This document shows, in pieces, positions 13,157 to 22,576 of a DNA stretch of 64,000 nucleotides. The translations under genes were made by a program, and so were the position numbers. The stretch lies in sequence record MH992122.1; one strand, 5' to 3'. The DNA comes from Escherichia phage OLB35. The notes under the pieces are model-generated. The model had not been told where the DNA came from and ran no database searches. It worked only from the letters and a program-made list of their open reading frames with translations. Every line of letters begins with the position of its first letter. The first letter of the stretch is position 1.

Positions 13157-14440
13157 ATGAGTAAAATCCAAAAATTATTGCGTGAATCTACAACGTCTAC
13201 TAGCAACTCAATTGGTCGCCCAAATCTCGTTGCTTTGACTCGCGCTACGACTAAATTAATATATTCTGACATTGTAGCAACACAAAGAACTAATCAACCT
13301 GTTGCTGCTTTTTATGGTATTAAATATCTTAACCCAGACAACGAATTAACGTTTAAAACTGGTGCTACTTATGCAGGTGAAGCTGGATATGTAGACCGAG
13401 AAAAAATTACCGAGCTCACAGAAGAATCAAAAGCCACACTAAATAAAGGTGATTTTTTCAAATATAATAATATCGTTTATAAAGTGTTAGAAGATACACC
13501 ATTTGCAGATATTCAGGAAAGTGATCTAGAATTAGCTCTTCAGATTGCGGTCGTTCATTTAAAGGTACGGCTATTTTCAGATGCAGCGGTAACAAGCAAA
13601 TTTGAAAGCTCTGGTAGCGAAATTTCTGATGCAAGATTCCAGATTAATAAATGGCAAACTTCAGTCAAATCTCGTAAACTTAAAACTGGCCTCACGGTTG
13701 AATTAGCGCAAGATTTAGAAGCGAATGGATTTGATGCCCCTAACTTCTTAGAAGATTTGCTTGCTACTGAAATGGCTGATGAAATTAATAAAGATATTCT
13801 TCAGTCTTTAATTACTGTATCGAAACGTTATAAAGTTACTGGAATTACTGACACCGGATTTATTGACTTGAGCTATGCTTCCGCTCCAGAAGCAGGTCGT
13901 TCGTTATATCGAATGGTGTGTGAAATGGTATCACACATTCAAAAAGAGTCAACTTATACTGCAACGTTTTGCGTAGCTTCAGCTCGTGCAGCTGCTATTC
14001 TTGCTGCTTCAGGTTGGTTAAAACATAAACCAGAAGATGATAAGTATCTTTCACAAAATGCTTATGGATTCTTGGCAAATGGATTACCTCTTTACTGCGA
14101 TACTAACAGTCCATTAGATTATGTGATCGTTGGCGTAGTAGAAAATATCGGCGAAAAAGAGATTGTAGGGTCCATCTTTTATGCTCCATACACTGAAGGA
14201 ATGGATTTAGACGACCCGGAACATGTCGGTGCATTTAAAGTTGTAGTTGATCCGGAAAGCTTACAACCGTCTATAGGTTTATTGGTTAGATATGCTTTAT
14301 CAGCAAATCCTTACACAGTAGCAAAAGATGAAAAAGAAGCGAGAGTAATTGATGGCGGGGACATGGATAAAATGGCAGGACGTTCAGACTTGTCTGTTTT
14401 ACTCGGTGTTAAATTGCCTAAAATTATTATAGATGAATAA
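13157..14440 (+). CDS. 24: Capsid vertex protein gp24
   Basis: 427 aa as in T4; late promoter TATAAATA at 13123. Confidence 0.95.
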   Translation: MSKIQKLLRESTTSTSNSIGRPNLVALTRATTKLIYSDIVATQRTNQPVAAFYGIKYLNPDNELTFKTGATYAGEAGYVDREKITELTEESKATLNKGDFFKYNNIVYKVLEDTPFADIQESDLELALQIAVVHLKVRLFSDAAVTSKFESSGSEISDARFQINKWQTSVKSRKLKTGLTVELAQDLEANGFDAPNFLEDLLATEMADEINKDILQSLITVSKRYKVTGITDTGFIDLSYASAPEAGRSLYRMVCEMVSHIQKESTYTATFCVASARAAAILAASGWLKHKPEDDKYLSQNAYGFLANGLPLYCDTNSPLDYVIVGVVENIGEKEIVGSIFYAPYTEGMDLDDPEHVGAFKVVVDPESLQPSIGLLVRYALSANPYTVAKDEKEARVIDGGDMDKMAGRSDLSVLLGVKLPKIIIDE

Positions 14441-14448
14441 ACGAAAAA

Positions 14449-14466
14449 GGGACCTTACGGTCCCTT
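14449..14466. terminator. Bidirectional terminator GGGACC-UUAC-GGUCCC flanked by A5 and T5 (gp24 / rnlB convergence)
   Basis: Hairpin between convergent genes with A-run upstream and T-run downstream. Confidence 0.75.
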
Positions 14467-14471
14467 TTTCG

Positions 14472-15479
14472 TTATGATACTAATTCAATCCATGCAGGAC
14501 GCAGAACATCTTGCACCATTCGGACTAATTCTTTCTTAACAAGATTCGGATTATCAGATGATGTTAATACAATACCTTCACGAGAAGTTTCTTCCAGAAT
14601 ATCTTGAACAGTCAATCCCATCACTTTGCCAAAATCTTTTGGCGTTACAGCCCCAATCTTAGAAATCACATTGTTAACACGATTTAATGTAACATAACAA
14701 GCTAGAACATCAAGCAAGTTTTTGTCAATTTCGGTTAATGGAACCTGAGTTTTAATAGGCTTATCAGACTTTTTCTTTTCACTGAATTTAGAGTTCTTGC
14801 ACTTAATAGCTACACGAGTACCGTTTGGCAGCCATTTAGGGAAACAAGGCTTCAGAACATAACCTTCTGCAGTATTATCACCAATAACATTAGCATCAAA
14901 TACACAATTATTTGCTTCGACAAGGTCTTCCGATGCCGTAGTGTTATAAGCGGCTAAGACGGAATCAAGGTCATTTGGAATCATGATAAGAGAATCAAAT
15001 GTTCCACGACCAAGCATTGGTGCCATTTTAAAACCGAATTCATTACAGAAATCTTGCATTTCGTAATCACTCATGTAATAAGTATCACCGCTTTCCGTGT
15101 TTATGATGATATCGAATACATAGAAATCTTTTTCACCGTAGTCAACACCTTTCTGAATTCCACCACCAGCGAATTCACCAAAGATTTGATATGTCACTGG
15201 CACTGAAGTTGAAATACTGCCCATGACTTCTTGAACACCTTTAATAGCCTTATCATACTTCTTGAGTACGATTTCATAACCATAAAAATCTTCTGCTGGA
15301 AGAATAGGGCCTGTGCGCTTGGCGCATGTGACGTTGTCACGTTCAATTATTAACGAGAAGTTAGTCCCATGGATTTTCTCACGTGCTACCCAAACACCAG
15401 TAGTCAAACCATTAGTGTAGAGTTTTTCAATAAACTTAGAGTTGTAGTGGTTTTCAAGACTGCTGTATTTCTTAAACAT
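14472..15479 (-). CDS. rnlB: RNA ligase 2 (Rnl2)
   Basis: 335 aa; N-terminus [21 protein letters not shown] and the nucleotidyltransferase lysine motif KIHGTN match T4 Rnl2. Confidence 0.95.
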   Translation of the reverse strand: MFKKYSSLENHYNSKFIEKLYTNGLTTGVWVAREKIHGTNFSLIIERDNVTCAKRTGPILPAEDFYGYEIVLKKYDKAIKGVQEVMGSISTSVPVTYQIFGEFAGGGIQKGVDYGEKDFYVFDIIINTESGDTYYMSDYEMQDFCNEFGFKMAPMLGRGTFDSLIMIPNDLDSVLAAYNTTASEDLVEANNCVFDANVIGDNTAEGYVLKPCFPKWLPNGTRVAIKCKNSKFSEKKKSDKPIKTQVPLTEIDKNLLDVLACYVTLNRVNNVISKIGAVTPKDFGKVMGLTVQDILEETSREGIVLTSSDNPNLVKKELVRMVQDVLRPAWIELVS

Positions 15480-15598
15480 AAATCACCATTATAAATAATA
15501 ATATCAAAATAATTAGCAGAGACTCTATCTCCGACCCGATGTTTAATTTGAATGGATAGAACCTAGATTCATTATACCATCAAAAAATGTAAAGCATA

Positions 15599-15850
15599 TT
15601 AGAACTTGATTTCTATCCAATGTCCATCACGTTGGTCATGATTAATTTTGTACTGAAAGCCGTTATCACGAAGCCATTGACCGACTTGCTCGGTGATAGT
15701 TAAATCATTCTTTGATGGATAGTACGTGAATTGTGTCTGGCCTTTGTCAGCGGCTTTCTCTGCCATCACAGAGAAGTTAGTAATAAAATCACTCAACAAA
15801 TTGGCTTTAGTGGCCAGAGCCCTTTCTCTTAATTCCTGTGCAAAACTCAT
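15599..15850 (-). CDS. Hypothetical protein (T4 24.2/24.3 position)
   Basis: 83-aa ORF between rnlB and hoc. Confidence 0.5.
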   Translation of the reverse strand: MSFAQELRERALATKANLLSDFITNFSVMAEKAADKGQTQFTYYPSKNDLTITEQVGQWLRDNGFQYKINHDQRDGHWIEIKF

Positions 15851-16047
15851 TTCTTCACCTTTTTGTTAATCAAACGTTTACGGTATACAACTTTTTCTTT
15901 TGCTTTAAACTTTGACCGAGCTGTCTCGGCTTTAGTCCATAGTAATCCAACTTCTTTAGGTTGTAAACCAATTTTTTGAGAAATTTCTACGAATGAAAAT
16001 CCCGCCTCATGTAATGTATAAACTTCAACTTCAGCTCTCATAATCAA
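15847..16047 (-). CDS. Hypothetical small protein with helix-turn-helix-like segment
   Basis: 66 aa; segment LHEAGFSFVEISQKIGLQPKEV resembles an HTH; basic C-terminus. Confidence 0.5.
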   Translation of the reverse strand: MIMRAEVEVYTLHEAGFSFVEISQKIGLQPKEVGLLWTKAETARSKFKAKEKVVYRKRLINKKVKK

Positions 16048-16122
16048 TCCCGTATTATTTGGTTTGTGCCATTATATACATCAATCTCAAGTTGTGTTTT
16101 GTATGCTTTAAAAACGAAGAAA

Positions 16123-16136
16123 GGGGCCGAAGCCCC
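16123..16136 (-). terminator. Terminator hairpin GGGGC-UUCG-GCCCC downstream of hoc
   Basis: On the minus strand the hairpin is followed by UUUCUUCGUUUUU. Confidence 0.65.
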
Positions 16137-16142
16137 TTACGA

Positions 16143-17273
16143 TTATGGATATGTATAGATGATACCAGTTTCCAAAGCAGTTTTATGGATGATGTATCCA
16201 TTACGTGATTCTTGAACATCAACTTCTGGATAGTCTTTCATCATCTTCTGAAGAGTGTAACGATCCAGGTAGTATTTACTATCTGGATCTTCAGTTTTCC
16301 AATCTTTACCTTCTTCAGTCATTTTTTGGATTTCATCCATAACCCACCAACCGCACCAGATGTAAGCTGAAGTACGATGTGGAAGAGGATGAACATAAGG
16401 TAATTCACCTTCTGGTTCAATTGGAGTCCGTTCAGCAATAACAACTTCAGCGGTTGAACTAATTGTCTTTGAAGTATAATTATCTTTAGTTAATACTGCT
16501 TCAACTTTAATTGTATGAGTACCCGCTGAGGAGGTATCAATACTGTAAGTATCGGTAGAATTACTTTCTGCTACGTTGTCTTTCTTCCAAGTATAAACAA
16601 TAGCAGTACCACTAGGTTGACTGCTTACAGATGCTGTTAAAGTTGTTGCTGTTCAATAATGTTGCCGCCGGAGAAGCCGGAGTAACAGCGATGGTAGAAT
16701 TATTGTCTTCTTATTAACAGTGATAGTTGTTGACGCTTCAGCTATTTCTGGATTTCCTGCGGAAAGTGCCGTAATTTGGGCAACACATTTAATTTTTTTA
16801 ACTCCGCTTGTGGTAGGAGTGTAATTGAATGTAGCAGAAGTTGCTTCGCTCACAGGAGAACCGTCAACGTGCCATTGATACGTAGCAGATGCGCCTGACG
16901 GTTGAGAAGCTAAAGCCGCAGTAAATTTAACAGCTGTTCCGATTACTCCAGCAGCAGGGCTATCAGGAGTTATAGCCAGAGTAGTTGTCTGAGTTTTATT
17001 TTTAACTGTGATAGTTGCAGTAGTTTCTGCTGTTTCAGCTTCAGCTTCTGGAACTGTATTTGTTGCAACTACTTTAATAGTCTTTTGACCGGCAGGTCCT
17101 TTTAGAGTATAATCCATTGTAGCAGCCGTAGAATCCTGCGCTATACCATCCAAAGTCCAGACGTTAGTAATAGTACCATCTGGAGTTTCACCTGCAGGTG
17201 TAGCAGTGAATGTTTGTGAACCTCCAATAACCCCTGTAGGAGTTAAAGGAGATAACGTGACAGTGAACGCCAT
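16143..17273 (-). pseudogene. hoc: hoc (highly immunogenic outer capsid protein) interrupted by two compensating frameshifts
   Basis: Total span is 1131 nt, equal to T4 hoc. The N-terminal 189 codons are Hoc-like (Ig-like repeats). About 17 codons then read out of frame and end at an in-frame TGA (16653-16655). The original frame is Hoc-like again from 16652 through the conserved C-terminus (ELPYVHPLPHR..WCGWWVMDEIQKMTEEGKDW...). Confidence 0.8.
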
Positions 17274-17282
17274 AAGTTATCC

Positions 17283-17951
17283 TTATTTTAATGTTACGAA
17301 AGAAGAATTACGAGTTTCACGAATTAGAACTGATCCATCGCGATTAATATAATAAATTAAGCTAAATAATGTTTGGTGGGCAGAAGCGTGCACAAAACTA
17401 GTTGGGCGAGATTTCCAATCTGGGGTTTCGGCTATCCATTGATAAATCCACCAAGGAACAGTAACATACCCTGGGCCTTTGCCTAATTTAATGAGTGTAG
17501 GACTAAAATTTTCAGGCAGAACAAATTTTACTTCTTTATTTACCTCTGACTCAGGCTCTTTTTCAGATTCAACAACCTGAGTAATTGCTTCTTCGAATTT
17601 ATCATGGTCGAATTCTTTTTCTTGTTCGACAACTTCTAATACTTCAACTTGGTCTGTTGGAGAATCAAACAACAGAATAGCTTCTTCTTTAACTTCTTCG
17701 TTGGTGAAATTAACACCGTCCACATCATCTGCGGCAGTAATTAAATCGGTGATAGATAATCCATCAGTTTCAGGTAACGGTTCATCAGCCAGTGCGTTAA
17801 GAGCTTCTTCGATATCAATAACAATATTATCGAATGATTTTGTTTTCTTAACACTAATGCCAAATTGTTCCGCATATTCAAACAGTTTAGCTTTGGCTTC
17901 CTTTTTATCAGAAAGAGCACGTAACTCTTCAATATAGTCTTTATCGATCAT
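17283..17951 (-). CDS. inh: Inhibitor of prohead protease (Inh)
   Basis: 222 aa (T4 about 226), acidic; position between hoc and uvsW. Confidence 0.8.
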   Translation of the reverse strand: MIDKDYIEELRALSDKKEAKAKLFEYAEQFGISVKKTKSFDNIVIDIEEALNALADEPLPETDGLSITDLITAADDVDGVNFTNEEVKEEAILLFDSPTDQVEVLEVVEQEKEFDHDKFEEAITQVVESEKEPESEVNKEVKFVLPENFSPTLIKLGKGPGYVTVPWWIYQWIAETPDWKSRPTSFVHASAHQTLFSLIYYINRDGSVLIRETRNSSFVTLK

Positions 17952-17964
17952 GGTATTTCCTCAT

Positions 17965-17972
17965 TATAAATA
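17965..17972 (+). promoter_or_regulatory. Late promoter TATAAATA (uvsW)
   Basis: Exact TATAAATA about 30 nt upstream of the uvsW ATG. Confidence 0.65.
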
Positions 17973-18001
17973 TAACTATATTTATTACATGGTAATTTGA
18001 C

Positions 18002-19516
18002 ATGACTGACATTAAAGTACATTTTTATGATTTTAGTCACGTGCGCATTGAATGCGACGAAAGCGTGTTCTATGAATTACGCGACTTTTTTAGCTTTGAA
18101 GCCGATGGGTACAAATTCAACCCGCGTTACAAATATGGGAACTGGGATGGTAGAATTCGACTTTTAGATTACAATCGTTTGTTACCATATGGACTTGTAG
18201 GACAAATAAAAAAGTTCTGTAACAATATGAGTTATTCTGTATGGATTGACCCTAAAATCTTTGAGACCGAAGACCTTACCAGGGAAGATTTTGACGCATG
18301 GCTTTCTAAACAAGAAATTTATTCAGGCAACGCCAAAATCGAACCACATTGGTATCAAAAAGATGCAGTATATGAAGGTCTAGTTAATCGTCGTCGAATT
18401 TTAAACCTTCCGACATCAGCAGGTAAATCACTAATCCAAGCACTTTTAGCTCGATATTATCTAGAGAACTATGAAGGTAAAATTCTCATTATCGTCCCTA
18501 CAACAGCATTGACAACCCAGATGGCTAATGATTTTGTTGATTATCGCTTGTTTAGTCATTCGATGATTAAGAAAATTGGCGGTGGTGCCGATAAAGCGGA
18601 CAAATCTAAAAACGACGCTCCAATTATTGTTGGCACATGGCAAACGGTAGTTAAGCAGCCTAAAGAATGGTTCTCTCAGTTCGGTATGATGATGAACGAT
18701 GAATGCCACTTAGCAACAGGCAAAAGTATTTCTTCAATCATCTCAGGATTAAATAATTGTATGTTTAAATTCGGTTTATCCGGCTCATTAAGAGACGGAA
18801 AAGCCAATGTAATGCAGTACGTAGGTATGTTCGGCGAAATCTTCCGTCCTGTTAGCACGTCTAAATTAATGGAAGACGGACAGGTAACTGAGCTTAAGAT
18901 TAATAGTATTTTCCTTCGTTATCCGGACGAATTCGCCACTAAATTAAAAGGTAAAACATACCAAGAAGAAGTTAAAATTATTACCGGACTAAAACGACGT
19001 ACAAAGTGGATTGCCCAACTTTCAGTCAAATTGGCCAAGAAAGACGAGAACGCCTTTGTAATGTTTAAACACGTTACACACGGTAAAGAAATATTTGAAG
19101 CTATTAAAGAGCTTGGATACGAAAAAGTTTATTACGTATCAGGTGAAGTTGATACTGAAACACGTAACGCGCTTAAAGTCATGGCAGAAAATGGTAAAGG
19201 CATTATTATTGTCGCATCATATGGAGTATTCTCTACTGGTATTTCAGTCAAGAATCTTCATCATGTTATTTTTGCCCATGGTGTTAAATCAAAAATTATC
19301 GTACTTCAAACAGTAGGTCGTGTGCTTCGTAAGCATGGTTCTAAAGCTGTTGCTACAGTTTGGGATCTCATCGATGACGCAGGTGTAAAACCTAAATCAT
19401 TAAATACTAAAAAGAAGTATACTCATCTTAATTACTTGTTAAAACACGGTATTGATCGTATCCAACGTTACGCTGATGAGAAATTTAACTATGTAATGAA
19501 AACAATTAATTTATAA
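18002..19516 (+). CDS. uvsW: UvsW RNA-DNA / DNA-DNA helicase
   Basis: 504 aa; Walker A (PTSAGKS) and DECH box (MMNDECHLATG); T4 UvsW is 503 aa. Confidence 0.95.
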   Translation: MTDIKVHFYDFSHVRIECDESVFYELRDFFSFEADGYKFNPRYKYGNWDGRIRLLDYNRLLPYGLVGQIKKFCNNMSYSVWIDPKIFETEDLTREDFDAWLSKQEIYSGNAKIEPHWYQKDAVYEGLVNRRRILNLPTSAGKSLIQALLARYYLENYEGKILIIVPTTALTTQMANDFVDYRLFSHSMIKKIGGGADKADKSKNDAPIIVGTWQTVVKQPKEWFSQFGMMMNDECHLATGKSISSIISGLNNCMFKFGLSGSLRDGKANVMQYVGMFGEIFRPVSTSKLMEDGQVTELKINSIFLRYPDEFATKLKGKTYQEEVKIITGLKRRTKWIAQLSVKLAKKDENAFVMFKHVTHGKEIFEAIKELGYEKVYYVSGEVDTETRNALKVMAENGKGIIIVASYGVFSTGISVKNLHHVIFAHGVKSKIIVLQTVGRVLRKHGSKAVATVWDLIDDAGVKPKSLNTKKKYTHLNYLLKHGIDRIQRYADEKFNYVMKTINL

Positions 19517-19530
19517 GGGCTTCGGCCCTT
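19515..19530 (+). terminator. Hairpin AAGGGC-UUCG-GCCCUU between uvsW and uvsW.1 (no U-tract)
   Basis: UUCG-tetraloop hairpin followed directly by the SD of uvsW.1. Confidence 0.4.
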
Positions 19531-19541
19531 AGGAGATAAAA

Positions 19542-19775
19542 ATGGTACTTGAATTTAAACAATTTTTATACGAAGCATCTATTGACGAATTCATGGGTAA
19601 AATTGCTAGTTGTCATACCTTAGAAGGGCTTGAAGAATTGGAAGCTTATTATAAGAAACGTATAAAAGAAACGGAATTAAAAGATACAGACGATATTTCT
19701 GTCAGGGATGCCTTAGCAGGTAAGCGTGTCGAACTTGAAGGCGACAATGATGAGGATGAGGAAGAAGACTTCTAA
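19542..19775 (+). CDS. uvsW.1: UvsW.1 small acidic protein
   Basis: 77 aa directly downstream of uvsW, as in T4 (76 aa). Confidence 0.75.
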   Translation: MVLEFKQFLYEASIDEFMGKIASCHTLEGLEELEAYYKKRIKETELKDTDDISVRDALAGKRVELEGDNDEDEEEDF

Positions 19776-20033
19776 TTAAAAAAAGGCCCGACCTTTTTGG
19801 AAGGGCCAAAAACCATAGGCAAAAAAGGTAACACTATAGTAAAAGTTGGGTTTCGTTCAATTGCTCTTCTGAACTTTCTGAAACCGGCAATTGTTGTACA
19901 TAATTATAACAAGGACCAGGATGTGCTGGACCTTTGTCTGTTTCAACAACCAATGCAGAATCGATTGGAGTTTTACAGACAACACAAATCTTATCTGACA
20001 TGATTGCCTCCTAAGTTGAAATTACATATCTAT

Positions 20034-20258
20034 TTATACTACTCGCATGCACATATCAATACCCATATCTTTTGTATAAAAATACTCGTCGATGTACCCG
20101 GCAAACTTCCCTTTAATATAAAGGACGTCTTCACCACAAGGGTGGTCTGCCAGGATACGAATATCCTGACGTCGTAGACGATACTTTTCCATTAAGAATT
20201 TAATTTCTGTTTCAAATTCTTCATCATTATTAAAGGCATCTTCAATTGAATAACGCAT
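20034..20258 (-). CDS. Hypothetical protein UvsY.-1
   Basis: 74 aa; position immediately downstream of uvsY as in T4. Confidence 0.7.
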   Translation of the reverse strand: MRYSIEDAFNNDEEFETEIKFLMEKYRLRRQDIRILADHPCGEDVLYIKGKFAGYIDEYFYTKDMGIDMCMRVV

Positions 20259-20671
20259 TATTGCCCCGCTTCAAATTCTCGCATATCTTGGATATGTTTA
20301 AGTGCAAAACTACGAGACTTGACTGCATCAAGTGCACCACTACAGAACTCAAGTAAAATTCCCCAGTATTGTAAAGTAGTCTCTATTTTAAGCACATCTT
20401 TATCTGCAGCCAGGACAGTTTTCATTTCAGATTTCTCATATCGGTCCATACTGAATTCATCACCGTCACCTCGTCCCGAGTAGTAGTCTAATCTTGCTTT
20501 TAGAGCAGTTTTCTTCTGAGTCTCTATACGCAACATTTCTTTACGAATAAATGAGTGTTTACGCAGCCATTTGCTGTATAACTTAACATTATTCGCCGTC
20601 TCATATTGCAACTTTGTCGTATCAATAGCTAAGTCTGCGTCTAACTCTTCCTGTAAATCTTCCAGCTTCAT
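20258..20671 (-). CDS. uvsY: UvsY recombination mediator
   Basis: Start placed at the internal Met (MKLEDLQEEL...), giving 137 aa as in T4 UvsY; the longer 164-aa ORF has a non-conserved N-extension. Confidence 0.9.
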   Translation of the reverse strand: MKLEDLQEELDADLAIDTTKLQYETANNVKLYSKWLRKHSFIRKEMLRIETQKKTALKARLDYYSGRGDGDEFSMDRYEKSEMKTVLAADKDVLKIETTLQYWGILLEFCSGALDAVKSRSFALKHIQDMREFEAGQ

Positions 20672-20751
20672 AATGTTCTCTCTTTTAACTAATAATCTCC
20701 CGGCTGTATCGGAAGGACCTAAAACCATTATACATAGGTTGCCTTGAAGCA

Positions 20752-21150
20752 TTACACTCTATTGCTTGATGCTAACTGAAGTTTGATTTGTTCGATATCA
20801 TCAGGGTTATCTACGACCGAAAATCTAATCTCTACTATAACCGTATAGTCATCATATACTGGCGTTACACTTACAGAAAGTTTGTCGATGCGTGGCTCAT
20901 AGTTACGGACGGCTGCTTGGATATTACGCTCAATAGTATCGGCTGTAAGTGGTGTCATGTTCTCGAAAAGTTCATCAACCAAATCGCATCCAAATTCAGG
21001 GTCGAAGGGGCGTGAGCCTTTTCTAGTTGTCACTATGCCAAGAAGACTATTTTTAATAGAACGAAGTCCTACAGAACGAGCAACGTCCTTGTTCCAATCC
21101 ATACGCATTTCTGGGTCGATATCTGAATAAAGTTTATTGATATTAGACAT
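20752..21150 (-). CDS. 25: Baseplate wedge subunit gp25
   Basis: 132 aa as in T4; synteny. Confidence 0.95.
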   Translation of the reverse strand: MSNINKLYSDIDPEMRMDWNKDVARSVGLRSIKNSLLGIVTTRKGSRPFDPEFGCDLVDELFENMTPLTADTIERNIQAAVRNYEPRIDKLSVSVTPVYDDYTVIVEIRFSVVDNPDDIEQIKLQLASSNRV

Positions 21151-21776
21151 TATAGTAACTCAAAGAATTCTTTGAGGCCTCGTATTGTGTGAACGTGTGA
21201 CGCCCCACATTTGGGACATTTAATAGGGGTTGCCAGATAAATTGATGGCGACACCAAAAGATTTTTAATATTGATCATGTCATCTTCTGTTATAAGGCCG
21301 TAAAGGTCGTTTATTTCTGCTTCAGTTAAATCTTCAACAGGGATGGACTCTCCATTGACAAAAACAGCCTCAATACATGAAGCAATCATTAATGCGATAT
21401 TTTTATCATCAAATAATTTAGGTTGACGGAACTTAATTTTAATACCGCTGAACGAATACCAGGGATCGGCCTGTTCATCTAATTGAGTGTGCAATAAATT
21501 CATATAGACTTGAAATGAATGCCCACAGGAACAATTCCAGGTGTGTTCTTGATTCACTTCACCTAATGAATGCGCCCAAAGATTTACCAACAATAGCTCG
21601 GCTTCTTGTTTAGACAAGTTTTTAGCATTAGAGCAATTAGTGATAATATTGTTCACTGCTGATTCAATAGTACCAGTAGCCCGAGCACCTATGAGCCCTA
21701 AATATTCTTTTAAAGTAAAGGCCCTACAATTCACTTCTTTATCACCTAAACGTACGGTAAACGTATATTTGTACAT
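21150..21776 (-). CDS. 26: Baseplate hub subunit gp26
   Basis: 208 aa as in T4. Confidence 0.9.
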   Translation of the reverse strand: MYKYTFTVRLGDKEVNCRAFTLKEYLGLIGARATGTIESAVNNIITNCSNAKNLSKQEAELLLVNLWAHSLGEVNQEHTWNCSCGHSFQVYMNLLHTQLDEQADPWYSFSGIKIKFRQPKLFDDKNIALMIASCIEAVFVNGESIPVEDLTEAEINDLYGLITEDDMINIKNLLVSPSIYLATPIKCPKCGASHVHTIRGLKEFFELL

Positions 21777-21794
21777 GTTAACTCCTTTATTGTG

Positions 21795-21802
21795 TATTTA
21801 TA
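21795..21802 (-). promoter_or_regulatory. Late promoter TATAAATA on the minus strand (gene 26)
   Basis: Forward TATTTATA is TATAAATA on the minus strand, upstream of the gp26 start at 21776. Confidence 0.6.
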
Positions 21803-21806
21803 AATA
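21799..21806 (+). promoter_or_regulatory. Late promoter TATAAATA (gene 51)
   Basis: Exact TATAAATA; part of the palindromic TATTTATAAATA shared with the divergent gene 26. Confidence 0.7.
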
Positions 21807-21823
21807 ATAGAAAAGGAGTAATT

Positions 21824-22576
21824 ATGGCTAATATAATTCGTTGTAAATTACCGGATGGTGTTCATCGTTTTAAGCCGTTCACTGTGGCGGATTATAGAGA
21901 CTTTTTACTAGTTAGAAATGATATCGAACATCGTTCGCCGCAAGAACAAAAAGAAATAATTGCCGATCTGATTGATGATTATTTTGGCGAGTACCCTAAA
22001 ACATGGCAACCATTTATATTCCTGCAAGTTTTTGCAGGATCTATAGGCAAAACAAAAGTTCCCGTTATTTTCACTTGCCCTAAATGCTCTAAAGAAAAAA
22101 CTGCACCATTTGAGATATATCAAAAAGAACTAGTCGAACCTGAACTTGATGTTGCTGGTATAAAAATACGTTTTTCTTTCCCTGAAAAGTTTTATGACAA
22201 TAAAGCATTAATGATAAGTGAAAACATAAAAGAAATATATTATAATGATGAATGGTACCCATGGAATGATTTGACTGAAGAGAACCAAATCCAAGTAATA
22301 GAAGCAATAGACATTGACTCTCTCGAGAAGGTTATTGCTTCTATGAACCCTATTAATTTGACCCTTAGATTAGGTTGTTGTGAACGCCATGTTAAAACAT
22401 ATACTGATATCTTAGAGGTTTTTAAATTGTTAGTTAACCCTGATGAGATTTTTACATTCTATCAGATAAACCATTCACTAGTAAAGAGTCAATACACATT
22501 GGATTCTATTATGCAAATGATTCCTGTTGAACGTGGTATTGCTTTAACATTAGTAGAAAAGGACCATAAAAAATGA
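21824..22576 (+). CDS. 51: Baseplate hub assembly catalyst gp51
   Basis: 250 aa (T4 249); divergent from gene 26 with shared late-promoter region. Confidence 0.9.
   Translation: MANIIRCKLPDGVHRFKPFTVADYRDFLLVRNDIEHRSPQEQKEIIADLIDDYFGEYPKTWQPFIFLQVFAGSIGKTKVPVIFTCPKCSKEKTAPFEIYQKELVEPELDVAGIKIRFSFPEKFYDNKALMISENIKEIYYNDEWYPWNDLTEENQIQVIEAIDIDSLEKVIASMNPINLTLRLGCCERHVKTYTDILEVFKLLVNPDEIFTFYQINHSLVKSQYTLDSIMQMIPVERGIALTLVEKDHKK

Noticed and set aside
19797-20003. 68-aa plus-strand ORF between uvsW.1 and uvsY.-1
   Set aside because: No SD; lies across a terminator-like region; the minus strand carries a strong SD/ATG for a small uvsY.-2-like gene instead.
20672-20752. N-terminal 27-codon extension of the uvsY ORF (164-aa form)
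   Set aside because: The extension is not conserved relative to the T4 UvsY N-terminus; the internal Met reproduces the 137-aa T4 length.
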